A stretch of 64,000 bases of DNA from an uncultured bacterium (GTDB lineage Bacteria > Zhuqueibacterota > QNDG01 > DTFT01), in NCBI GenBank assembly GCA_963736115.1, contig CAVTNR010000009.1:32001-96000 (forward strand), given 5' to 3'. Made by a program: the position numbers and the translations under genes. The notes beneath the pieces are model-generated. The model made no database searches and had not been told where the DNA came from. It was given only the letters and a program-made list of their open reading frames with translations. This document shows positions 18,528-27,782 of the stretch, piece after piece; positions within the stretch are counted from its first letter, which is position 1, and every line of letters starts with the position of its first letter.

Positions 18528-19802
18528 TTATATTCCGAGATATTTCAACAGCCCGCAATACTGTTTTTCCCCCGGAAACTTCGCGTACACAGTGATTTCT
18601 CCTCGCAAGGCACGGACTTCTCCCTCAAACCATTCCCCGTTCCGCTCGAGCAGTCTGAAGCTCTTCCCCATATCGACCATGACTTCTTCCGCGCCTGGAA
18701 CGCGCAGACGAAACGGAATTCCGGTTCCGGATCGGAGCCGTCCGGTCAGAGGGGCGGCCAGATACGCGCCATGCTCCATGAAACCCTGATAGGTCTCCGG
18801 GAAAACGACACCCACCCCGGACCGTCGCAGGCCGCGGACACGGTAATCGACCGCCCATTCCGCGGGTCCGGAATCGGAAGCGTCTTTGGCAAAAATACGG
18901 AGAATGTAATCTCCGGATTTCGGAATCGCGGCATGGACCCTCAGGGTTCCGCCGTGCCTCTGGCTGAATGTAGTTCCCGGATCAAGGGATGATTCCGTAA
19001 CGGATGTCAGAAGGCGGGCGAGCACAACGGTTCCGGCTGGCGCGGCCAGCGTGACGAGCACCGTGTCCACGGCCTCAATGCGGCAGGTCCCGTGGCTTGC
19101 CGTTTCCAATCCGAAACGAAAAAAAGCCGGACGGATGAACGGCTGTCCGTCGAACTGAGCCCGGGTTACGGCCGGATCAAGCAGCTGCCATGCGGCATCC
19201 TCAGGGAAGTGCGTGGCAATGAGCTTTTCCGGCGGAGTGAAGAAAAAATACTCATCGAAGCGGCGTACGTATTTCCCGGCCTCGTCCAGAACACCGCCGC
19301 CCCAGGTGGGATCCACAAGCTTCCAATGTCCGTTGACGCGGACGGCGTTCCACGCATGGTCAGGCCCGCCGCGAATGGGCTCTCCGACCTCGGACCCGTA
19401 ACCCCGCGCCCAGCCGCTGACCGTGACGATCTCCAAACCCGCGGCCTTGCCCAGCGCCTCGAACAGGGATGAGAATCCCTCGCACACCGCGGTCCGGTTT
19501 CTGAGCGCGCCTGCAGCTCCCGAGGACCGGAGGCGGCCTGAAAAATATGCCTGCGTATCATACCGGATATTCGCGGCCACCCAGCGGTAAATCGCCCGCG
19601 CTTTCTCAGTGTCGTTCCGGCATGGTTTTGTCAGATACCGCGCCAGCGATTGAACGGAAGCTTCCGCGGAGCGTGGCGCTGCCAGCGCGTGGCGGTCTAT
19701 GGCGGCATACGGATTGGGATCGGCCGCCGATCCCGAAAAAACTGCGGCGAGGATCAGCGCGATGGGGTGACTCCGCCGGACTCTATTTGTCACCGGCTTC
19801 AT
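18528..19802 (-). CDS. Secreted transglutaminase-like protease (KY/hillarin-like) with C-terminal Ig-like domains
   Basis: KARAIYRWV, triad AVCEGF / HAWNAV / DPTW, YFFFTPP..LIATHFP....WQLL. Confidence 0.82.
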   Translation of the reverse strand: MKPVTNRVRRSHPIALILAAVFSGSAADPNPYAAIDRHALAAPRSAEASVQSLARYLTKPCRNDTEKARAIYRWVAANIRYDTQAYFSGRLRSSGAAGALRNRTAVCEGFSSLFEALGKAAGLEIVTVSGWARGYGSEVGEPIRGGPDHAWNAVRVNGHWKLVDPTWGGGVLDEAGKYVRRFDEYFFFTPPEKLIATHFPEDAAWQLLDPAVTRAQFDGQPFIRPAFFRFGLETASHGTCRIEAVDTVLVTLAAPAGTVVLARLLTSVTESSLDPGTTFSQRHGGTLRVHAAIPKSGDYILRIFAKDASDSGPAEWAVDYRVRGLRRSGVGVVFPETYQGFMEHGAYLAAPLTGRLRSGTGIPFRLRVPGAEEVMVDMGKSFRLLERNGEWFEGEVRALRGEITVYAKFPGEKQYCGLLKYLGI

Positions 19803-20343
19803 CCTGCTCCACGCGAATCAGTTTCGAAACGTCGAATCCGTTTTCGCTGACGTATTGCACCAGCGATTTGTACAGGGCTTCGTCCATGACCGGTTCGCGA
19901 CAGAGGAACCAGAGATAGTTATTCTGACTGCTGGTCACCACGGCCCATCGGTATTCCGGATCAAGCCGGATGATCTTGTATTCCGCGGAAAAAGGCCAGA
20001 AGAACCGGACCTTCAGCCGGGCCGGGACATCCGGATCCGGAACCCAGGCCTTTCCCTCGGCCTGCGACCATTTGTTTTTGGCGGCTTTGAATCCGCGGTT
20101 CAGGACCTGGATGGTTCCGTTCGGGTTGAGGGTGTAGGTGGCAGTCACGCGGGACAAGCCTTTTTCGAACCGGTGCGGCAGACGGGCGATTTCATACCAG
20201 GTGCCGAGATAACGGTTCAATTCGAAATCCGGAACCGGCGGTATGTTTTCCGTGCTCTCCGCGGCCCCGGCGGTCCCCGCCCCCGCGACAGCGATCATCA
20301 TCAGCACGATCATTCTGGTCAAGATCATGACGTTTTCCTCCAT
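19783..20343 (-). CDS. blc: Bacterial lipocalin
   Basis: RYLGTWYEIARL, LKVRFFWPF..EY, YLWFLCR. Confidence 0.9.
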   Translation of the reverse strand: MEENVMILTRMIVLMMIAVAGAGTAGAAESTENIPPVPDFELNRYLGTWYEIARLPHRFEKGLSRVTATYTLNPNGTIQVLNRGFKAAKNKWSQAEGKAWVPDPDVPARLKVRFFWPFSAEYKIIRLDPEYRWAVVTSSQNNYLWFLCREPVMDEALYKSLVQYVSENGFDVSKLIRVEQDEAGDK

Positions 20344-20524
20344 GTGGCCTCTTGCCTGTTGAACGTCGGGAACCGGATATTGGATTCAGCCCGTCCGGTC
20401 TATTGAAAAGGTATCACAAACAACCGGCATTTCAAAACGGAAAATGCGGGACCCGGAAGGGGATGGAAGAGAATATGCGCTTAACAAACTCCGCCGCCCC
20501 GCTGCGCGGAGGGCGTCAAAGACA

Positions 20525-20641
20525 TTGAAGCTCCCCGCGGCAAGCCGCGGGGAATCTTCTATCTGTAGTGAAGAAAATATATTATATTCGCTCGCTTACC
20601 CCGCCGCAAGCGGCGGGGAATGCGCGAGCGATCAGATTCAT
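20525..20641. mobile_element. Non-autonomous two-hairpin element (IS200/IS605-derived PATE/MITE-like)
   Basis: Hairpins ccccgcggc-aa-gccgcgggg and ccccgccgc-aa-gcggcgggg around an AT-rich core; minus strand ends ggggagcTTCAA. Confidence 0.6.
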
Positions 20642-20759
20642 TTGAAATCCGACAGAGCCCCGCCCCGGATCAAGCTCGAGGCGGGGCTCGCAGTGACACC
20701 CCTGTCAGATGACAAGCGCCCAACAGTCAGGGTAACGAACCGGACACATGAAAATTGGA

Positions 20760-21617
20760 CTATTGAACGATTTTCCCGATCCTCCCCAACCTCCACCGGA
20801 ACGGCCCGTTGGACGAGAAATAAACGAACATCGGCTTGCCGCGGATGAGATGCCGCGGAATCGGGCCGAACTGCCGGCTGTCTTTCGAATGATCCGGGTT
20901 GTCACCCGTGACGAAATACGCGTCCCGCGGCACCACCACGGGATCGAATGATCCGGAGTCCGAACGCGTTCCGGAAAAAGCGGGACCTGGAGCCGTATTC
21001 CCGTTCACCATCAGCCTGCCTCCCGCCATCTGAACCGTATCCCCGGGCATCCCCGTGATCCGCTTGATGAAATTCGATTTCCCGTCCTCCGGAGACTTGA
21101 ATATCACGACGTCTCCCGCCGCCGGGTTGTGATCCGTGAAATAGAGTTGATTGCTCAACACGTGATCGCCCGGCTCGAGCGTGGGCGTCATGGATCCGGT
21201 TGGAATGCGGAAAGCCTTGAGTATGTGCTCGCCTACGGCCGAAGACAGTGAAGCCTGAACGGTCAGGCACACCGCCAATACCCCCGCGTAAAGAAGGGGC
21301 GTGTTGTATTTCCGCGGCGAAAAATCCGCACCGGCCCGGAGGGCTCCCCGCATCGCCTCGACCGCGACGGCCAGCTGGGCGGCCAGGCCGAGAAGGAAAA
21401 GGCCGGTCAGCGCGGCAGCGGAACCGGCCGTGACGGAAAGCTTCAACGTCCGGATCAGGACCGCGAACACCACGCCGCCCCAGATCGTGAACAGAAAATT
21501 AAAAAGAAGTCCTTTCGCAGCCTGTCCATTGTACACCTGCCCCAGGCCAGGCACCAGATAGCTGAGCAATCCGGCTACCCACCAGCGCCGGGTCGATCCC
21601 GCGCGTTTCTTTTCCAT
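20760..21617 (-). CDS. lepB: Signal peptidase I with extra N-terminal membrane domain
   Basis: IPTGSM.PTL..GD, FIKRI.GMPGD, GDN...SKDSR.FG; N-terminal LSYLVPGLGQVYNG plus TM helices. Confidence 0.9.
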   Translation of the reverse strand: MEKKRAGSTRRWWVAGLLSYLVPGLGQVYNGQAAKGLLFNFLFTIWGGVVFAVLIRTLKLSVTAGSAAALTGLFLLGLAAQLAVAVEAMRGALRAGADFSPRKYNTPLLYAGVLAVCLTVQASLSSAVGEHILKAFRIPTGSMTPTLEPGDHVLSNQLYFTDHNPAAGDVVIFKSPEDGKSNFIKRITGMPGDTVQMAGGRLMVNGNTAPGPAFSGTRSDSGSFDPVVVPRDAYFVTGDNPDHSKDSRQFGPIPRHLIRGKPMFVYFSSNGPFRWRLGRIGKIVQ

Positions 21618-21650
21618 TCTTTCCTCTCTTCTTGATTGGGACAAGGTTGG

Positions 21651-21890
21651 TCAGAACCCGATTCGGAAAACTGAGGCGATGCGGCCGACCAGGAACCATC
21701 GTTCAGGCAAAAGCAGTTCGAGCAGCCATCCCGCCGTCACCGCGGCGCCGAAAGCGTTTTCCCACCGGGATAATCCCCGCTGGACGGCCGGAGTCCCCGC
21801 GTATGCGGTCCATGCCCGGGGGCGTTCCGCGTCCGGCAGAGCGGACAGCTGATGCTGGTAAAACCGATTCATGGTCCTCTCAATTTTCAT
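21651..21890 (-). CDS. Small membrane protein, putative anti-sigma factor
   Basis: GGAGG RBS; overlaps the ECF stop; hydrophobic C-terminal half. Confidence 0.55.
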   Translation of the reverse strand: MKIERTMNRFYQHQLSALPDAERPRAWTAYAGTPAVQRGLSRWENAFGAAVTAGWLLELLLPERWFLVGRIASVFRIGF

Positions 21891-22440
21891 GATCCGCCAG
21901 TACCTCCTTTAATGCGCCGCGTATCGCGAACAGCCTCGATTTGACAGTTCCCTCGGGCAGGTCGAGTATCTCCCCGATACTGCGGTTTTTCATCCCCTCG
22001 AAATACCGGAGAAAGGCCATTTCCCGCGAGTCCGGGTCGAGCGTCGCGAGTGCTTCCCCGATGATCCTGTTCCTTTCGCTTTCGATGAGCATGGATTCCG
22101 GGGTGTCGGGATCGATGAATCGACCGTCCCCGTCTTCGGGAACCCCGGAGGACCTGATCTCAGGCTTCTTCAGCGCCGCCTGGTTGATGCAATGATTCCT
22201 CGCGATAGTGAAAACCCACGTAACGAAAGGACGGGACGGGTCGAACCGGTCCAGGTTCCGGAAAACCTTGATGAAGACTTCCTGCACCAGGTCCTCCGCT
22301 TCGGACGGATGACGCTGCCGGACGAAGTACAGGATGCGTTTGTGATAGAGCCTCCAGATACGGTCGAATGCCTTCTCGCGGCCTGCTTCCCCGCCCCTGG
22401 ACATCCAGTAAATGATCCATTTTTCCAGACGTTCGCTCAA
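21880..22440 (-). CDS. ECF RNA polymerase sigma factor (start uncertain)
   Basis: AEDLVQEVFIKV, FVTWVFTIARN, EILDLPEGTVKSRL. Confidence 0.9.
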   Translation of the reverse strand: MSERLEKWIIYWMSRGGEAGREKAFDRIWRLYHKRILYFVRQRHPSEAEDLVQEVFIKVFRNLDRFDPSRPFVTWVFTIARNHCINQAALKKPEIRSSGVPEDGDGRFIDPDTPESMLIESERNRIIGEALATLDPDSREMAFLRYFEGMKNRSIGEILDLPEGTVKSRLFAIRGALKEVLADHEN

Positions 22441-22472
22441 AAATGGAGTCTCCGTAGTATTCTCTATCCAGG

Positions 22473-22499
22473 TATACCGGAAAAGGACGAAAGAGTTTA
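22473..22499 (-). promoter_or_regulatory. Candidate ECF autoregulatory promoter
   Basis: TAAAC-N16-GGTATA on the minus strand, resembling SigW-type AAAC-N16-CGTA. Confidence 0.4.
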
Positions 22500-22505
22500 A
22501 AAAAA

Positions 22506-22568
22506 GGGACCCCGGGGTCCCCCTGACAGGAAAACCTCCCGCAGGTTCATACAAACCCGCGGGAGGTT
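22506..22568. repeat. GACCCCGGGGTC palindrome plus AACCTCCC...GGGAGGTT REP-like hairpin
   Basis: gggaccccggggtccc at 22506-22521; hairpin at 22533-22568. Confidence 0.75.
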
Positions 22569-22604
22569 CCTTTTGAGGCCTATTAAAACAATGGGTTGGG
22601 CGTA

Positions 22605-24368
22605 TCAATCCTCCGCCAGTACCGCCTCCCTTTCGCCCTGCACGGAATTCACGAGCAGGATCCGATCGCATTTTCGCAATTCGTCTACTGGGAGAATCCG
22701 CTCACGGATGAGGCCTCTGGACAGCATCCACCCCCGGTACGTCCCCGCCAGAAGGCCTGACGACACCGGCGGCGTCCACAGACCGCCGTCCGATTCGACG
22801 AAGATGTTCGCGATGGAGGATTCGGTCACCTCGTTCCGCTCGTTCCATAAAATGACGTCATCACAGCCGGGTCGGCCGCGTCTGGCTTCGTCATATACTG
22901 ACCTGTGCGTCGTCTTGTGATATAGAAACGGATCAGAGGAATCCACGGGCGACAGGGAGAGACAGACGCGCACCGGGCCGGAAGTTCGAGGCTCCGGAAG
23001 CAGCTCGGCCCCGCATTCCGTAATGCCCTTCCGGTTTACGGTCAGGCGGACTTTGTGCCTGGCCCGCGGTAAATCGGCGGCTGTTGCATCCAGGCTTTCT
23101 CGCCACCCCGCAGGATCCGCCGGAATCGAGAAATAATCTGCGGATTCCGCCATCCGGCCGATATGGGCATCCAGCAGAAAATATCCCTCTTCAGGTGTCC
23201 AGAGTAAAGTCTCCAGCAGAGAAAAGGCGGGAACAGAACGGGTCAATATTTTTGCTTTCAACAGACACTCTTCGTACTCGTCCCCGGTCTCCGAATCCCA
23301 GACCACACCGCTTCCCAATCCATACTCTGCGGTGCGCCGGTCCAGGTCGACCAGTACCGTCCGTATGGCCACATTGAACTGCGCGATCCGGCCAGGCAGA
23401 ATAAATCCCGCGGCCCCGCAATAGATCCGCCGCGGATCCCGCTCGAGTTCACGGATGATTTTCATGGTTCCCGGCTTTGGAGCGCCGGTCACGGATGCGG
23501 GCGGGAAGAGGGCATGAAAAACGCCGGAGACAGACGCATCCGTCAAACAGGTCACGGTGGAGGTCATCTGCCAGAGCGTCGGATAAGCTTCCATCTCGAA
23601 CAGCGCGTCGGCCCGGACGCTTCCCATCCGGCCGATCCTGCCCATGTCGTTCCGCACCATGTCGACGATCATGATGTTCTCGGCGCGGTTCTTCTCTGAC
23701 TGCTTCAGGGTGAGCGCGGAAAGCGAATCCGCTTCGCGTGTGGGCCCGCGGGGCGCGGTTCCCTTCATCGGCCTGCTTTCCGCCTTTTCCCCGTCCAGGC
23801 GGAAAAACAGTTCCGGGGAAGCGCTCAGAATGGCCCAACGGCCCGCATGTAGAAAAGCGCCGTAGAGGCCCTGCTGGCTGGCCGCCATCCGGAGAAACAA
23901 TTCCCAGGGTTCGCCGGCGAACGCGGCTCTCAGACGGAATGTGTAATTCACCTGGTAGGTATTGCCGGCCAGCAGGTGTTCCCGTATGCGCCGGACCGCT
24001 TCGCGGTAATCCTCCCGGCTGATACTCGGCTCCCAATCGATGGATTCTGCGATATCGGATGCGTCCGGCTCCGGCAGGATGATTTCCTCCGAACGCTCGA
24101 ACAACCCGAACCAGAGCAGGGGGAAATCTCCGTCCGGATGGACTTTCAGCGCTTCGTCGAAGGCCGGCGCCGCCTCGTAGGAGACGAAGCCCGCAGCCTG
24201 CAGGCCTTCCCGTTCGACCCGCTCCTCGATTCGGTTCAGGGCCGGCATGACTTCGGAGCGGGAATGGATTTCGATGATCTCTGAGGGACAATGGAAAGCA
24301 AGCCAGGTTTTTCGCCTTGCATCAAAGAGAACTGCTCGGTCAGGCACCCGCATTTCGGCGGCTGTCAA
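22605..24368 (-). CDS. pabB: Fused aminodeoxychorismate synthase component I / ADC lyase (PabB-PabC)
   Basis: YQVNYT, SPELFF, PMKGT, AENIMIVD.VRND, SVTGAPK; C-terminal class IV aminotransferase motifs HKTT, ESSIAN, LLAGTYR. Confidence 0.92.
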   Translation of the reverse strand: MTAAEMRVPDRAVLFDARRKTWLAFHCPSEIIEIHSRSEVMPALNRIEERVEREGLQAAGFVSYEAAPAFDEALKVHPDGDFPLLWFGLFERSEEIILPEPDASDIAESIDWEPSISREDYREAVRRIREHLLAGNTYQVNYTFRLRAAFAGEPWELFLRMAASQQGLYGAFLHAGRWAILSASPELFFRLDGEKAESRPMKGTAPRGPTREADSLSALTLKQSEKNRAENIMIVDMVRNDMGRIGRMGSVRADALFEMEAYPTLWQMTSTVTCLTDASVSGVFHALFPPASVTGAPKPGTMKIIRELERDPRRIYCGAAGFILPGRIAQFNVAIRTVLVDLDRRTAEYGLGSGVVWDSETGDEYEECLLKAKILTRSVPAFSLLETLLWTPEEGYFLLDAHIGRMAESADYFSIPADPAGWRESLDATAADLPRARHKVRLTVNRKGITECGAELLPEPRTSGPVRVCLSLSPVDSSDPFLYHKTTHRSVYDEARRGRPGCDDVILWNERNEVTESSIANIFVESDGGLWTPPVSSGLLAGTYRGWMLSRGLIRERILPVDELRKCDRILLVNSVQGEREAVLAED

Positions 24369-24847
24369 TGGAATTCAGTCCACAAAAGAGTTCCGGAGAC
24401 GGGACGCGTTCCGGTCCACCCAGGGATGTCGAGACAAATACCAGCCGCGCCCGCACGCGGGAAAGCCGATGAAAAAGCAGGGCAAAGCGCGCTGGTCAGA
24501 TCGCCGAGAACCGGCTGATGCCCCACAAGCAGGACGACATCGTCCGCGCCATCGAATTCCCGGATCACACGGATAAGATGGCCGGCTACCGACGCCTCGT
24601 ATATCCGGTCGTCCATGATGACGCGGCTTTCATCTGTCTTCAGAATCTCCGCCACAATGGTCGCGGTTTCTGCCGCGCGATCCGCCGGGCTGGTCATGAT
24701 ACGGTCCGGACGGATGGACCGATCCGCCAGTCTCCGGCCGGTTTCCCGGGCCTGCCGGACGCCCTCTCCGCTGAGCGGACGCCTCTCGTCAGATCCGTCC
24801 TTCGATGTGCCGGCGGCCGCGTGCCGCACAAGGATGAGGGTTTTCAC
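24365..24847 (-). CDS. sixA: Phosphohistidine phosphatase
   Basis: LVRHA, DERRPLS..G, SPADRA.ET, LVGHQP. Confidence 0.88.
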   Translation of the reverse strand: MKTLILVRHAAAGTSKDGSDERRPLSGEGVRQARETGRRLADRSIRPDRIMTSPADRAAETATIVAEILKTDESRVIMDDRIYEASVAGHLIRVIREFDGADDVVLLVGHQPVLGDLTSALCPAFSSAFPRAGAAGICLDIPGWTGTRPVSGTLLWTEFH

Positions 24848-25437
24848 GCCTTCCTCCTGCCGGACGGACGCGCCAGTTCGCCATGGCGGAAACAGCTCAC
24901 CAGGTGGTCGTTCACCACGCCCACGGCCTGCAGGTGGGCGTATATCACGGTGGTGCCCGTAAACCTGAAGCCCCGCTTCTTGAGGTCGCGGCTCACGCGG
25001 TCCGAAAGCGGTGTTCTGGCAGGCAAATCCTTGAGGCGCCTGCGCCGGTTCTGCGCGGTTTTTCCGTTCACAAACTTCCAGAGATAGGCGTCAAAGGTTC
25101 CGAATTCCTTCTGCACCTCCAGAAACCGGTTCGCATTGTTCACGGCCGCGCGTATTTTCAATTGGTTGCGCACAATGCCCGCATCTTTCAGCAGGGACTG
25201 GATCTTCCGTTCATCATACCGGGCCACTCGGCGGGGATCGAATCCATCGAATGCTTTGCGGAAATTCTCCCGTTTCTTCAGTATGATGTGCCAGCTCAGA
25301 CCGGCCTGCATGGCCTCGAGCACGAGGAACTCGAAATGTTTTCGTTCATCATGCACCGGCGTTCCCCATTCCTTGTCGTGGTATTCGACATACAGGGGAT
25401 CGTTCACCGGCCAGGGACAGCGGATTTTTTCTTTCAA
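24844..25437 (-). CDS. tag: DNA-3-methyladenine glycosylase I
   Basis: RCPW, YHDKEWG, QAGLSW, GIVRNQLKI, VNDH...C; probable TTG start. Confidence 0.95.
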   Translation of the reverse strand: MKEKIRCPWPVNDPLYVEYHDKEWGTPVHDERKHFEFLVLEAMQAGLSWHIILKKRENFRKAFDGFDPRRVARYDERKIQSLLKDAGIVRNQLKIRAAVNNANRFLEVQKEFGTFDAYLWKFVNGKTAQNRRRRLKDLPARTPLSDRVSRDLKKRGFRFTGTTVIYAHLQAVGVVNDHLVSCFRHGELARPSGRRKA

Positions 25438-25493
25438 TCGGGTGTTCCCTTCAATGGGAGTGGAATGTCCCCGCAACGGATCTTCGAGAAACA

Positions 25494-25509
25494 TTGACCC
25501 CGGGGTCAA
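25494..25509. repeat. Perfect palindrome TTGACCCCGGGGTCAA
   Basis: 12-bp core lies 8 nt past the stop of the 25516 gene. Confidence 0.8.
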
Positions 25510-25515
25510 CGAACC

Positions 25516-27654
25516 TCACTTCACCACCGCGATCTTCCTTGACGCCGTGAACCCCTCCGCCTCCATGCGAACGACGTAAACCCCGGACGCCAGGCCGGAC
25601 GCGTCGAAGCGGATCGAATGATTTCCGGCGGCGTAACGTCCATCCGTGATCGCGCGCACCGTCCGGCCGGTCATATCCGTCATGTGTAGCCGGACACGGC
25701 CAGTTCCGGCGGCCTCGAACCGGATTGTCGTGTAAGGATTGAAGGGATTGGGATAATTCTGCTCCAGTGAAAACCGGAGAGGCGCAACCGTCCCCGCGTC
25801 CGCTCGCACCGCGTCCGGCTCCTGAAAACGGATAACCCAAAAACCGGTCGTTTCATCGCAGAGATAGACAAGCCCGTCGTGCACGCACACGCCGGCAGAA
25901 CTCTCGCCCGCGAGATAATATCCTGACTCGACAGGATGGCCGGGATCGGACACATCGATCACACGGAGGCCACTGTTGTCCTCCGCGAGGTACGCGAACG
26001 ATCCTTCCACCCACACCCGATAGGCGGATTCCCGGGTATTGAAAAATCCGATCTCCAGAGGAGAGCCGGGATTGCTTACGTCCACGATCCACATTCCGTT
26101 CTCATCCGCGACATAGGCCGTATGATTCAGGACCGCAATCCCGGAAACCCAGTCCGGGGGCTTGAAGAATCCGGCCTGCACCGGATGAGCGGGATCGGAG
26201 ACGTCGATGATGCGTAATCCTTCGTTCCCGGCCGCAACATATGCGATCGTTCCCTCCACCGCAACATCCCGCGTTTCCCCCCCGGTCTCGAGAAAGCCGA
26301 TTTCCACGGGAGCCGCGGGATCCGAAACATCGGCAATTCTCAATCCTTTGTTATAATCCGCGATAAATGCGTATTGGCCTTTGATTGCGACGCCCCAAGC
26401 AGATCCGGGAGTGGCCAGCAATGCCACGGCAGCCGGTGATGCGGGATCTGCGATATCCACGATTTGCAGGCCGAAACCGTTTCGCGCGACATACGCGTAA
26501 TTCCCCGCAACCGCCACGTCCAGCGCCCAGATGCCCTCAAAACGCCCGACTTCGACCGGATGTCCGGGATCGGCCATGTCGAAAATCCGGAGACCGTCCA
26601 GCCCGTTGGCCAGACAGGCGATGGAACCGGCGAAAGCCATGTCAAACGAGCCGCCGGCCGCTTGCCGTCCGATTGACGCGGGATTCGCCGGATCGGACAC
26701 ATCGAATGCATAGAGGCCTCCCTCATCCACGCTCAAATAGGCCTTGCCCGCGGCCACGGAAACCCGGCTCACATTTCCGGTCGGGCGAATACTTTTAATG
26801 AAGGCCGGATGGGCCGGATCCGAAAAATCGATGATGTTCAGTCCGTTCGAGGCGTTCGCCGCATAAACCGTCTGACCGTCGATGTCCATGCCGTAACAGC
26901 CGCTTCCTCCCGAGTAAACGCCTAATTCAAAAGGATGAGTAGGATCTGTTATATCCACGGCACGCGAGTATCCCGATACGTCCACCAGAAAGGCGGTATT
27001 CCCGCTCACCCGCACTCCGGACACGTTTGTGCCGGTGGCGAAAACACCGACCTTCATGGGATTCCATGGATCCGAAACATCAACAATGCTCAGGCCGTTC
27101 ATTAATTCGGCCAGAAATGCGGTCGTACCGACGACCGCAACGTCCTCCACGCTTGCGGACGTCGGTGCGCGGCAAAGCACATCCGGATTCGAAGGATCCG
27201 AAACGTCGACAATGACGAGCCCGTTCCCGCCGCAGGCCGCATATAGATGCGTCCCGCTTATCGCCAGATTCGTGCACCAGGCATTGAGATCCAATTCTGC
27301 GCGGAAGGCCGGAGCCGACGGGTCGGACAGGTCCAGGATGTGCAGGAACCCGCTTTCATCCATCAGATAACAATCGGTTCCCTGCACGCCGAGTGCCAGA
27401 ATTCCCGCAGAAAGATGCGCCTCCGCCAGATGGACGGGAAGAGCGGTGTCCGAATAATCGACCATGCGGAGCACGCCCCCGTCCCCGAAATACACGGTAT
27501 CCCCGGAGGCGGCGATCGCGTTGCATGGGCCGTGCGCCCAGCGTCCGACGGGTGTGCAGTTCAGGCTTTCCTGTGCGACAACCACCGCTGTGGACAGGCT
27601 CATCCAGGCTGCCCCGAATAAAACGGATGCAGTATGAAGAATTCGTGTTCTCAT
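25516..27654 (-). CDS. Secreted LVIVD-repeat (beta-propeller) protein with T9SS-type C-terminal domain
   Basis: About 13 repeats of AYxA....GLxI[VI]D[VI]SDPxxP; signal peptide; tail QNYPNPFNP...GVYVVRMEAEGFTASRKIAVVK. Confidence 0.9.
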   Translation of the reverse strand: MRTRILHTASVLFGAAWMSLSTAVVVAQESLNCTPVGRWAHGPCNAIAASGDTVYFGDGGVLRMVDYSDTALPVHLAEAHLSAGILALGVQGTDCYLMDESGFLHILDLSDPSAPAFRAELDLNAWCTNLAISGTHLYAACGGNGLVIVDVSDPSNPDVLCRAPTSASVEDVAVVGTTAFLAELMNGLSIVDVSDPWNPMKVGVFATGTNVSGVRVSGNTAFLVDVSGYSRAVDITDPTHPFELGVYSGGSGCYGMDIDGQTVYAANASNGLNIIDFSDPAHPAFIKSIRPTGNVSRVSVAAGKAYLSVDEGGLYAFDVSDPANPASIGRQAAGGSFDMAFAGSIACLANGLDGLRIFDMADPGHPVEVGRFEGIWALDVAVAGNYAYVARNGFGLQIVDIADPASPAAVALLATPGSAWGVAIKGQYAFIADYNKGLRIADVSDPAAPVEIGFLETGGETRDVAVEGTIAYVAAGNEGLRIIDVSDPAHPVQAGFFKPPDWVSGIAVLNHTAYVADENGMWIVDVSNPGSPLEIGFFNTRESAYRVWVEGSFAYLAEDNSGLRVIDVSDPGHPVESGYYLAGESSAGVCVHDGLVYLCDETTGFWVIRFQEPDAVRADAGTVAPLRFSLEQNYPNPFNPYTTIRFEAAGTGRVRLHMTDMTGRTVRAITDGRYAAGNHSIRFDASGLASGVYVVRMEAEGFTASRKIAVVK

Positions 27655-27698
27655 TACAGCCTCCTCCCTAGATTTATCGCCAGCCGAGGATGGTCGTT

Positions 27699-27773
27699 GT
27701 TGGGGCGACGCGTCGCCCCTACGCAAAACGGACGCCGACAACCTCCCTTGGGTTTTTAAAACCCACGGGAGGT
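27699..27773. repeat. Composite REP-like cluster (GGGGCGACGC hairpin + AACCTCCC hairpin)
   Basis: gttggggcgacgcgtcgcccctac at 27699-27722; aacctccc...gggaggt at 27740-27773. Confidence 0.75.
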
Positions 27774-27782
27774 ATCAATCAT

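Noticed and set aside
20444-20848. 134-aa ORF on the + strand
   Set aside because: It is the translation of palindromic repeats and overlaps lepB antisense.
22605-24368. PabB-PabC fusion as a novelty
   Set aside because: Well-known fusion in many bacteria.
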